In this document: positions 1 through 8,203 of the stretch, in pieces
Position numbering within the stretch: position 1 is the first letter of the stretch
Layout: the number at the start of each line of letters is the position of its first letter
Assembly: GCA_030704615.1 (NCBI GenBank)
Contig: JAKLZA010000133.1
Location: 1 to 11,000, forward strand
Direction: 5' to 3'
Origin: Takakia lepidozioides
Lineage: Eukaryota; Plantae; Bryophyta
DNA: 11,000 nt
Made by a program: the position numbers and the translations under genes
Notes under the pieces: model-generated
The model's database searches: none
What the model was told of the DNA's origin: nothing
Seen by the model: the letters and a program-made list of their open reading frames with translations, nothing else

Positions 1-458
1 CTAGGGCTGGTTTCCACTTGGAGTGAAAGAACAGCACTTGTAGGGCCTATGTGAGTTGGGGTTTCAACTTCAAGCTTGAAGGGAGCGCAACTCTTGAAGC
101 AACAGGTGTAGAGGGCTGGAATAGGCTCTAAGACAGATGCTATGGCCAATGAGGGGAGTGCTTGAATGAGTGCTCACAAGGGCTGGGAACCAGCAGGGCT
201 TGGTTGTTTGCCATTGAGTTTAGTGGCGTGTTTGGGGAGGCTAAGTGAGAAAGAAGGCTTGGTTTGTGGCAACCACCTCATGGCTTAGGGCTACTATGGT
301 GGTGTGTGGGAGCCGAAAGAGCAAGGATACCTTGCTGATTTCCTCACAGCCACCATAGCTCGGTGGAAAGAAGCCTAGAGTCCAAGAGACACAAACCCTA
401 GCTTGGCGTGGCTAAACCCCTTGGAGAAATGGCTAAACTGCCAGAGCGGCCATGTGTG

Positions 459-1615
459 GGGCTGTGACAGGCTGTGGCAAGCTGTGACAGGCTGTGATGG
501 GCTGTGATGGGCTGTGACAGGCTGTGCCCTGTGCCCTGTGGGGCTGTGACGGGCTGTGTCAGGCTGTGACAGGCTGTGCCCAGTGGCCTTTGGGGCTGTG
601 ACGGGCTGTGACAGGCCGTGCCTGAGGCCTTTGGGGCTGTGACGGGCTGTGACAGGCCGTGCCTGAGGCCTTTGGGGCTGTGACGGGCTGTGACGGGCTG
701 TGACAGGCTGTGCCCTATGCCCTGTGGGGCTGTGACGGGCTGTGTCAGGCTGTGGCGAGCTGTGACCGGCTGTGACGGGCTGTGGCAAGCTGTGACCGGC
801 TGTGATGGGCTGTGATGGCTGTGACAGGGTGTGCCCTGTGCCCTGTGGGGCTGTGACGGGCTGTGTCAGGCTGTGACAGGCTGTGCCCAGTGGCCTTTGG
901 GGCTGTGACGGGCTGTGGGGCTGTGACAGGCTGTGCCCTGAGGCCTATGGGGCTGTGACGGGCTGTGACAGGCTGTGGCGAGCTGTGACAGGCTGTGCCC
1001 ATGGCCTTTGGGGCTGTGACGGGCTGTGAGGGGCTGTGACAGGCCGTGCCTGAGGCCTTTGAGGCTGTGACGGGCTGTGAGGGGCTGTGACAGGCCGTGC
1101 CCATGGCCTTTGGGGCTGTGACGGGCTGTGAGGGGCTGTGACAGGCCGTGCCTGAGGCCTTTGAGGCTGTGAGGGGCTGTGAGGGGCTGTGACAGGCCGT
1201 GCCCTAGGCCTTTGAGGCTGTGACGGTGTGATGGGCTGTGGCAAGCTGTGACAGGCTGTGTGGGCTGTGATGGGCTGTGACAGGCTGTGCCTGTGCCTGT
1301 GAGGCTGTGAGGGGCTGTGACAGGCCGTGCCCATGGCCTTTGGGGCTGTGAGGGCTGTGAGGGGCTGTGACAGGCCGTGCCCATGGCCTTTGGGGCTGTG
1401 AGGGCTGTGAGGGGCTGTGACAGGCCGTGCCTGAGGCCTTTGGGGCTGTGACGGGCTGTGAGGGGCTGTGACAGGCCGTGCCCATGGCCTTTGGGGCTGT
1501 GACGGGCTGTGAGGGGCTGTGACAGGCCGTGCCTGAGGCCTTTGAGGCTGTGACAGGCTGTGAGGGGCTGCGACAGGCTGTGCCCAGTGGCCTGTGGGAC
1601 TGTGACGGCTGTGAC
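459..1615 (+). repeat. Minisatellite of 10-bp units (consensus GGGCTGTGAC) organised into ~51-bp higher-order repeats; degenerate tail to ~1690
   Basis: Visible units GGGCTGTGAC/AGGCTGTGAC/GGGCTGTGAT/GGGCTGTGAG, punctuated by AGGCCGTGCC(TGA|CAT)GGCCTTTG. 51-bp units at 1011-1061, 1062-1112 and 1113-1163. A ~95-bp block is duplicated at ~515-610 and ~823-917. Confidence 0.97.
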
Positions 1616-2352
1616 CAGTGAGCTGTGTGGGCCTGTGCTGGTCTGTGGTGGCCCGTGTTGACCTGTGGACGGCCTGTGCTGACTCGTGGAGGCACTGGTG
1701 GACTGCCTAAGGACTGGCATGTGGTCTGGAAGGCCGAATTTTGAAGCTCGTGGAGGGCGGTTTGAGGAGTATCTTCATGATATTCCCATGGTCATGCAAG
1801 TGAGGATAGAGAGGAGAGGCAGAGTGTTGGGATGAGAGCATGCTGGGGTTAGGCATTGCTTTAGCTTCTCTTCCTCGTAGTTTCCACCCTCTCATTAGGC
1901 CAAGACCTTTCCGTAGGTGGAGGCAAGAGTCAGTCCGGGTTTGGGCTGGGGTGTCCTTGCAGGAGCAACACCGTGGAGTTGTTTTTGGTGTGGGGGAGTT
2001 GTCGTTCTGATTTCTTGTGTTTGGATCCCCTCCATACCTGCATGCTTGACTGTGCGCCATGCTAGTTTTGTGTGGGCGCTTGTTTTTATAGGTGATTGGT
2101 CCGGATTTGATCACCGGCCAGTCCTAGAGCATGCTGTCGATGGTGAGGCTGGGGTGATGACCAGCCAGACCATCATTGTTTCTCCTGTGGTGAGGTTGGA
2201 GGTGATGACCAGCCAACCATAGGAGTGCTTGCGGTGGATGCAGGTACAGGTGTAGGCTATGTTAGGAACTTAGTATTCCAAACCATAAGCCGCAACAGGT
2301 TCTCTACCCGGTTACCTTGTGGAGAGGGGGTTAGGGACATGTTCATGACCGG

Positions 2353-3792
2353 TTGAGTGTCAACACGGAGGTGCCACTAGTTGCTGGGGACAGTGCCGGT
2401 TCGAGCACTAGCGATACTAGTGGGTACACGAGACGAGGTGTGCGGTTTAGGCCACCTTCACCTCCTGTGTCTTCCACGGAAGGTTCTGATTCGGATTGTG
2501 AATCAGGAGGACTCATACCGGCGGTGCAAGTTGTTTCTTTGCCATTGTTGTGGGACACAATGGAGGAGATGTATGGAGCTACCAAGGGGCCACGAAGGTA
2601 CTCTGGGGCGGTGGGCACCATCGAGTTGGATGATTTTATCCAAGAGTTTGATAGTTGGTGTGATTTGCAGCAAATGCGCAATCCACAACTATTTACGCCT
2701 TTCATGGCATGGAAAGGGCTGTTTCAGCACCTTGAGGGGCCGCCTATGGATGATTACCATGAGTTCAGGCGGGGGCATGAGGTTGAGATCGAGGAGTGGA
2801 GGATGTACTGGTCACCCGACTATGTCTCCATCACTAGGGGCACTAGAGCCACGAGGGCAGTGGCTACACCTGCCGCTGCACCGGCAGCTTCAGCAAGCAG
2901 CAGTGGGACTGGTGGTACAGTAGCTACGACGTCCACCCAAGCCACTACCGCACCAGCACTAGCACCCGTGCCTGCCTTCAACCCTGTTGTGGAGTTCTTC
3001 GAAGAGTTGAGAGGGAACTACCAAGGGGTGAGGACAGAGAAGTTGCGGAGCTTGCAAGAGTTCCAACGGAAGCCGACCGAGAGCTTGAGGGAGGCTTTCA
3101 CTCGCATGAGGCGCTTGATAAATGTAACCCAAGGGGTTACGGAAGCTCAGGCAGTCCAATTCTGGTATGGGATATTGGACAAGGAGCTGAGGAGAAGGGT
3201 GCGGGATGCAACTCTCCTACAAGCGGCCCAACCCACCTTAGCAAATGTGTTTTTGCTGGCAGAGCGGATAGAGCTCAACATGGTGGAGGAACGAGTGGTC
3301 ATGGTGGGATTTGCTAAGGAGACACCACGGGGTAGTGGTGCTCCTAGCCAACCACTACCTCAACGTGCTCAAGGCAACAAGGGGGCTCAGGTGAAGCTCA
3401 GGGAAGGGCAGAGAGGACCTCAGATGCAGGGGTCTCTCCCTTCATTTGCTGGCCAACAACGGGCGGATGTGGTGTGCTGGACATGTGGAGGACCCCATGT
3501 CAAGAAGGATTGTCCAGAGGGAGGCAAAGGGCCGGCACATGCACAGCCTGCACAGTTACAGTGTGGGCATTGTGGCAAACACGGGCATGGAGAGGCCCAG
3601 TGTTATGGTTTGCATCCTGAGTTGCGCCCAGGCCAGTTCCAAGGGAACAATGGTGGCCGGGGGCGAGGTGGAGCAGCCCAGAGGGACGAGGTGGCCAGCC
3701 ACGAGGTGCAGGCCAAGGGCAAGCTCAACGTGGCCAAGGACGCGGAGGTCAGGGTGTTGACCAAGGCATGGCCAACCGGCTTCAGCAGCTAG
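2353..3792 (+). CDS. gag: Retrotransposon Gag (capsid-like region plus two CCHC zinc knuckles); true frame probably starts at ATG 2345 and shifts at ~3685
   Basis: MHR-like 'FQRKPTESLREAFTRMRRL'; knuckles CWTCGGPHVKKDC (3475-3513) and CGHCGKHGHGEAQC (3562-3603). The ORF call starts at TTG; ATG-ACC-GG-TTG at 2345 would be in frame if one G is restored. Confidence 0.88.
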   Translation: MSVNTEVPLVAGDSAGSSTSDTSGYTRRGVRFRPPSPPVSSTEGSDSDCESGGLIPAVQVVSLPLLWDTMEEMYGATKGPRRYSGAVGTIELDDFIQEFDSWCDLQQMRNPQLFTPFMAWKGLFQHLEGPPMDDYHEFRRGHEVEIEEWRMYWSPDYVSITRGTRATRAVATPAAAPAASASSSGTGGTVATTSTQATTAPALAPVPAFNPVVEFFEELRGNYQGVRTEKLRSLQEFQRKPTESLREAFTRMRRLINVTQGVTEAQAVQFWYGILDKELRRRVRDATLLQAAQPTLANVFLLAERIELNMVEERVVMVGFAKETPRGSGAPSQPLPQRAQGNKGAQVKLREGQRGPQMQGSLPSFAGQQRADVVCWTCGGPHVKKDCPEGGKGPAHAQPAQLQCGHCGKHGHGEAQCYGLHPELRPGQFQGNNGGRGRGGAAQRDEVASHEVQAKGKLNVAKDAEVRVLTKAWPTGFSS

Positions 3793-4265
3793 AGCAGAGG
3801 CTCGCTGCCATGGCTACAGCTCAGGTGGTACCGGCTCTAAGGCCGGATGGTCCACCTCCTGCTCCTGAGGGAGGAGATATGGGAGGCATGGGATTCATGT
3901 GTGGAGCAGCACTACCACTAGTGCAGGTGGAGTCTGCTGCAGCCGTGACTCGAGGAGCAGCACGAGTTCCTGAGCCACGAGGTGCAGAGGTGGAGTTGGA
4001 TCCACAGCGTGGGGAGGCAAGCCGTCAGGCTAGGCTTCCTCAGTCATTCACATTGGCGGAGACAGTGTCGACGCCATCCATGGCACCTAGTTCTCGCCCG
4101 ACTGTTACCGAGGCGGAGGTTACTATGCCATTGGGGAGAGCTACACGGGTAGCACCACTACCTAGTGTTGCCAAGGCTACGGCAGCTAGTGTGCTGCTAG
4201 GAGCGGCCACATCTGTGTGCCAGGCTCCATTGTTCTCGGCTACCATGATTGCGACGCGGGGGTAA
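3684..4265 (+). CDS. gag: Frameshifted continuation of Gag: RGG-rich nucleocapsid tail, short coiled-coil-like segment and Gag-PR spacer
   Basis: The -1 frame from 3684 reads GRGGQPRGAGQGQAQRGQGRGGQGVDQGMANRLQQLEQRLAAM..., continuing the GGRGRGG tract of the upstream ORF. It joins the next ORF at the G-run 4258-4262. Confidence 0.72.
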   Translation, partial: GRGGQPRGAGQGQAQRGQGRGGQGVDQGMANRLQQLEQRLAAMATAQVVPALRPDGPPPAPEGGDMGGMGFMCGAALPLVQVESAAAVTRGAARVPEPRGAEVELDPQRGEASRQARLPQSFTLAETVSTPSMAPSSRPTVTEAEVTMPLGRATRVAPLPSVAKATAASVLLGAATSVCQAPLFSATMIATRG

Positions 4266-6523
4266 GACCAGCTGAGGTGTTCAGGCTGGCAGCTACACTC
4301 TGTGAGAGTGGGGAGGTTACTTCATCTTCTGCGGAGATAGTGGGAGGTGTAGTGCCGGAGGGATCCTCGGATTTGAGGGTCAAGACTGCCACGGCGGCGC
4401 CATGGCAAGCTGCAGCTGCCAGGTTGATGGAGCTGCCAGCTAGGCCAGCCATTGAGCGCGCCATGGTGACACCTGGAGTTGTCATGTTAGACAACCAGGA
4501 TGGCATTTTCTGTTTGAGTGGACCGGCAGGCAAGAGGTACCGGCCACTGCGAGTCTTGTTGGACTCGGGAGCTCAGCCATTGATGCTGGGCAGAGCTGCT
4601 ATTGCAGGCTTGGGCCTCACGGAGGCGGATATGGAGCCTTGTCCTTTCCAGATACAGACGTCTCTGGGAGGATCGGAGCAGGCTCGGGGCATGACACGGC
4701 ATGAGTTGGCTATCAGACTACGGCCGGATCACCCTACAGATGGCTCAGTGATGCGAGCCAAGGCCATTGTGACAGACGCAGTCTCATACGATGTCCTGGT
4801 TGGTGGGGCAGTGTTGTACCCCATGGGCTTCACCCTGGATTTTTGGGAGGAGTCAGCTTCCTATAGGCCTGCATGGCAGTCAGGGGAGGGCCGGCGTGTG
4901 CAGCTCCCTGTGACGTTCATAGGAGGAGTTGCGGTTGCCCAGCGAGGCAAGATGCCGACACTAGCAGCATTCACAGCGGCAGTGAGTTGGCCTAGAGAGT
5001 TGCTTGAGGGCAATGCTCATTCAGAGGATGTACCACCTCCGGGAGAGCAGGATGACATGTATGGTATGGCGGAGTTGCCTACCATGGTTGCTCAGACTCC
5101 ATTGTGGGGCACGAGCAAGGATTTGCAGCGGGATGCTGATCGACGGGTGCAACAAGCCTGGGTGGAGGCTTTTGTACCGTCAGGAGAGGAGGAGAGTGTG
5201 GGGATTGCACCAGGACCACCTCAATTGTCTCCATTGGACACCACACCTATTGTGTGGCAGTATCCGGATGAAGGCATTTGTCTTCTGGACTTGTTTGGCG
5301 GGATCAGCACCGGATTGGCTGCTGTGTTACAGGCAGGTGTACGAGTTCGGCGTTACCTGTATGTGGAGAGGGATGAGACTGCACGACGCGTTTCACTTCG
5401 CCATGTTGCTCAGTTGGTGCAGCGGTACCCTGAGTTGTTGTCGGTGTCTGCAATTCGTGGATATCAGCAGGCCTTGCCAGCAGACATTTCGTTGCTGGGG
5501 GCGCAGGATTTGGAGCGGGTTGGCTCCATTGATCTGGTAGTGGCAGGTTGGCCCTGCCAAGGGCATTCATCAGCCGGGCATGGCAATGGATTGCGAGACT
5601 CGAGGTCGGGTCTGTTTTGGGAGATGGTGCGGGTTTTGCGCCACTTGCAGCTTCATCAAGCTGTATCTCCAGCATACATCTTGGAGAATGTGCCACTGAT
5701 GGGCGATTCTCGGGCCAGGGTGATGGCCAGTGTGCATCAAGTCCGGTCGTGGCTTGGGTCAGCAGTGTTGCTAGATGCAGCTACAGTGGGGTCACGGGCT
5801 CATCGTCCACGGCTATGGTGGACTAACTTGATGCCACCCGCACTGCTCAAGCGTGCATTTGATGGGGTGCAGCGGCCAGCACATCTCACAGTGGATAACA
5901 TTCTGGACACAGGGAGGCAGTCTCAACGTGTGAGACACGATGACCGTTCGCCTTTGGCAGTGGTCAACAAGGTGGGTCAACCACGAGCAGCATTACCTAC
6001 ACTGCTCAGCTTCCCAGGATCGCATGCTTTCCGGGATAGTGGACCTGGCCTCCTGTGGGATGCTCAGTTGCAGCAGTTAGTGGAGCCTAATGCTGACGAG
6101 CGTGAGCGGGCAATGGGTTTTACCACTGGTACCACGGCGGTGTCGTCTCTTTCTGAGGCATCACGTCGTCAAGTGTTGGGGCAAGCAATGGATCTCAATT
6201 GCTTGACCTGGATTATCAGCTTGGCTCTAGCTGAGCAACGCAGAGTGCGGAATACACTTCCCTCAATGGTCTCTCTGCCTACCGAGACGGTACAGGCAGT
6301 GAGTGGGGGCGAGCATGTGAGGACCACGGGGTGCATGCATCCATGGCACACGTGGGAGGTGCTCGAGGTTCAGAGGGAGTTGGCAGCCAAGGCGGCTGTG
6401 ATGGATGAGGTTGGGGATTCTTCTCGAGTTGAGGAGGTCCTCAAGGATGAGATGATGGGGCAGGATGAGGCCTTGTCATTGACTGAGCAGGTAGGGAGTA
6501 CTGCTCAAGAGGTTGCAGCATAG
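4217..6523 (+). CDS. pol: Polyprotein segment: retropepsin aspartic protease fused to a DNMT3-like C5-cytosine methyltransferase
   Basis: Protease motifs VLLDSGA (Asp codon 4562) and YDVLVG. The DNMT motifs lie in the same uninterrupted frame. Confidence 0.92.
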   Translation: MPGSIVLGYHDCDAGVRPAEVFRLAATLCESGEVTSSSAEIVGGVVPEGSSDLRVKTATAAPWQAAAARLMELPARPAIERAMVTPGVVMLDNQDGIFCLSGPAGKRYRPLRVLLDSGAQPLMLGRAAIAGLGLTEADMEPCPFQIQTSLGGSEQARGMTRHELAIRLRPDHPTDGSVMRAKAIVTDAVSYDVLVGGAVLYPMGFTLDFWEESASYRPAWQSGEGRRVQLPVTFIGGVAVAQRGKMPTLAAFTAAVSWPRELLEGNAHSEDVPPPGEQDDMYGMAELPTMVAQTPLWGTSKDLQRDADRRVQQAWVEAFVPSGEEESVGIAPGPPQLSPLDTTPIVWQYPDEGICLLDLFGGISTGLAAVLQAGVRVRRYLYVERDETARRVSLRHVAQLVQRYPELLSVSAIRGYQQALPADISLLGAQDLERVGSIDLVVAGWPCQGHSSAGHGNGLRDSRSGLFWEMVRVLRHLQLHQAVSPAYILENVPLMGDSRARVMASVHQVRSWLGSAVLLDAATVGSRAHRPRLWWTNLMPPALLKRAFDGVQRPAHLTVDNILDTGRQSQRVRHDDRSPLAVVNKVGQPRAALPTLLSFPGSHAFRDSGPGLLWDAQLQQLVEPNADERERAMGFTTGTTAVSSLSEASRRQVLGQAMDLNCLTWIISLALAEQRRVRNTLPSMVSLPTETVQAVSGGEHVRTTGCMHPWHTWEVLEVQRELAAKAAVMDEVGDSSRVEEVLKDEMMGQDEALSLTEQVGSTAQEVAA
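4520..4910 (+). other. Aspartic protease (retropepsin) domain; boundaries approximate
   Basis: RVLLDSGAQPLMLG catalytic motif, flap-like QTSLGG, and C-terminal DVLVGGAVL. Confidence 0.85.
5276..6217 (+). other. C5-cytosine DNA methyltransferase catalytic domain, DNMT3-like, non-permuted
   Basis: Motif I LDLFGGISTG (5285); II YLYVERD; III PADI; IV DLVVAGWPCQGHS (catalytic Cys 5555-5557); VI YILENV (5684); VIII AHRPRLWWTNL (~5801); IX ADERERAMGF; X RRQVLGQAMD. Confidence 0.95.
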
Positions 6524-7414
6524 CAACCACGGGACGCGTCCTCTACCTCTAAGCCCACTGGACTTAAGGTTGTAGTTACGGAGGACAATTGGGAGCCTGA
6601 CATTGGACCCATTGTCACCGGAGGAGAGAGACGACGTATACGGCGGTTCCTGAGGGCTTACAGGAATTGCTTTGCCTTCAGTTTGAAGGACTTGGGAGCA
6701 CTGAAGGGTCAAGAGATCCGTATTGAGTTGGCCACTGACACGCCAATCTTTCGGAGACCCTATAGATACAGTGACATGGAGAGGTCTTTGATTCAGATGA
6801 GGACTCAAGATCTCTGGGAGGCAGGTTTGGTGGAGCTCTCTGGTGGAGAGTATGCTTCAGCCACAGTGATGCCAGCCAAGAAGGATGTCTATGGCAATTG
6901 GACGGAGAGACGTATGTGCGGTGATTACCGGCCTGTAAATCGTCAGACCAAGTCCGATAAGTATGCCATGCCAACACCAGAGGAGATCTTTGATGCCATC
7001 GGGCATGCTAAGGCCTTTAGCACTTTGGATTTACGATCCGGATATCACCAGTTGCCAATCAAGGAGGCGGACAAGCAGAAGACGGCATTCTGGGGGATCA
7101 ATGAGCACGGCAAGGATTGCCTATATCAGTGGCGGTTCTTACCATTTGGGCTTAAGAATGCTCCTGCAGAGTTTCAGAGAGTCATGGATAGGATTCTAGC
7201 AGGGGTGGACTTTGCTCGGTGCTACATAGATGACATCATCATCTTTAGTGTTACGATGGAGGAGCATGAGAGACACCTTCAGGTGGTATTGGAGCGCTTG
7301 AGAGCGCACGGATTGAAGTTGCATCCGGGGAAGTGCAAGTTTTTCCACAACCAGATTGAGTATCTGGGTCACATGATATATCCTGGAGGATTGGGGTACA
7401 GCAGACTAAGGTAG
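6524..7414 (+). CDS. pol: Reverse transcriptase (Ty3/Gypsy type); same frame as PR-DNMT after the single TAG at 6521-6523; frameshift at ~7393-7396
   Basis: The frame is open from 6524. Motifs RMCGDYRPVN, STLDLRSGYHQL, LPFGLKNAPAEFQ, YIDD (7223-7234) and KCKF...IEYLGH. Confidence 0.95.
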   Translation, partial: QPRDASSTSKPTGLKVVVTEDNWEPDIGPIVTGGERRRIRRFLRAYRNCFAFSLKDLGALKGQEIRIELATDTPIFRRPYRYSDMERSLIQMRTQDLWEAGLVELSGGEYASATVMPAKKDVYGNWTERRMCGDYRPVNRQTKSDKYAMPTPEEIFDAIGHAKAFSTLDLRSGYHQLPIKEADKQKTAFWGINEHGKDCLYQWRFLPFGLKNAPAEFQRVMDRILAGVDFARCYIDDIIIFSVTMEEHERHLQVVLERLRAHGLKLHPGKCKFFHNQIEYLGHMIYPGGLGYSRLR

Positions 7415-8158
7415 AGGCCATTGCACAAATTCCACGCCCCACGGATGTGAGCCGAGTTCGAGCTTTCATGGGGTTGGCAAACTATTATAGACGGTTTGTC
7501 AAGGGATTTAGTACCATTGCAAAGGCTCTAACCAAGCTGACCAAGGTGGACCAGAGTGGCAGTGGGAAGATGAGCAGGAACGAGCTTTTCAAGAGCTCAA
7601 GGCGAGGTTGACCTCGGCGCCTATCTTGAGACGACCTATCAGGGGGCGTCCCTTTCAGCTGCATACGGATTGGAGCATGCTGGGGCTTGGAGCGGTGCTC
7701 ACACAGGTGGATGATGAGGGAAGAGAGTTCGTAGTGGCTTACGCTAGCCGCTCGAACAACGCTGCAGAGGCTAAGTACAGCTCATATGAGGGAGAGGAGA
7801 GTGCTTAGCTGCAGTGTGGGCCGTGGCACACTTCAGGTGCTATCTATACGGCAATCTTTTCACCCTTGTCACGGATCACCAGCCACTCAAGTGGTTGATG
7901 GAGTCAGACAAGCTTACGGGGAAGCTTGCACGGTGGGCACTTATACTCCAGGAGTATGACTTTCAGGTTGTGCATCGACCGGGTTTGGTCAATCGGGATG
8001 CGGATGGATTGAGTCGCAATCCATGCATGAGCCAGCAGGATGACACTGGAGCTCGGTGGCATGGTGAGACGGACGAGGAGATGGTGCCGGGATGGCACGC
8101 ATCTGCATTTTTGTGTATCTTGGCATCGGGAGGTCAGATGGACCTACAACAGGGATGA
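7396..8158 (+). CDS. pol: RT thumb/connection and Ty3/Gypsy RNase H; frameshifts at ~7554 and 7791-7800
   Basis: VRAFMGLANYYRRFVKGFSTIAKAL; FQLHTDWSMLGLGAVLTQ; VVAYASR; SYEGE/CLAAVWAV; LVTDHQPL; RWALILQEYDF; HRPGLVNRDADGLSR. Confidence 0.92.
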
Positions 8159-8203
8159 CTGTAGACGGAGTGTCTGAGGACCCTGAGGCTAGTGATGAGC
8201 TAG

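Noticed and set aside
393-400. Telo-box AAACCCTA
   Set aside because: A single 8-mer with no supporting promoter context.
459-1615. CRISPR-like repeat-spacer appearance
   Set aside because: The spacers are themselves repeated, there are no cas genes, and the context is a eukaryotic retroelement.
459-1615. G-quadruplex array
   Set aside because: Mostly three G3 tracts followed by GG with 6-7 nt loops; canonical four-tract motifs are not clearly present.
375-1720. Five overlapping minus-strand ORFs with PVTARHS/17-aa repeats
   Set aside because: By-product of the minisatellite: its reverse strand has few stops and the 51-bp unit is divisible by 3. The ORFs occur in all frames and have no recognisable domain.
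1707-2222. ORFs 1707-2114 (-) and 1917-2222 (+)
   Set aside because: GTG starts, short and without recognisable motifs; probably non-coding leader.
5276-6217. Bacterial restriction-modification MTase, or a host DNMT gene hit by a TE
   Set aside because: Intronless, in frame with both the protease and RT, no partner endonuclease, and no visible insertion boundaries.
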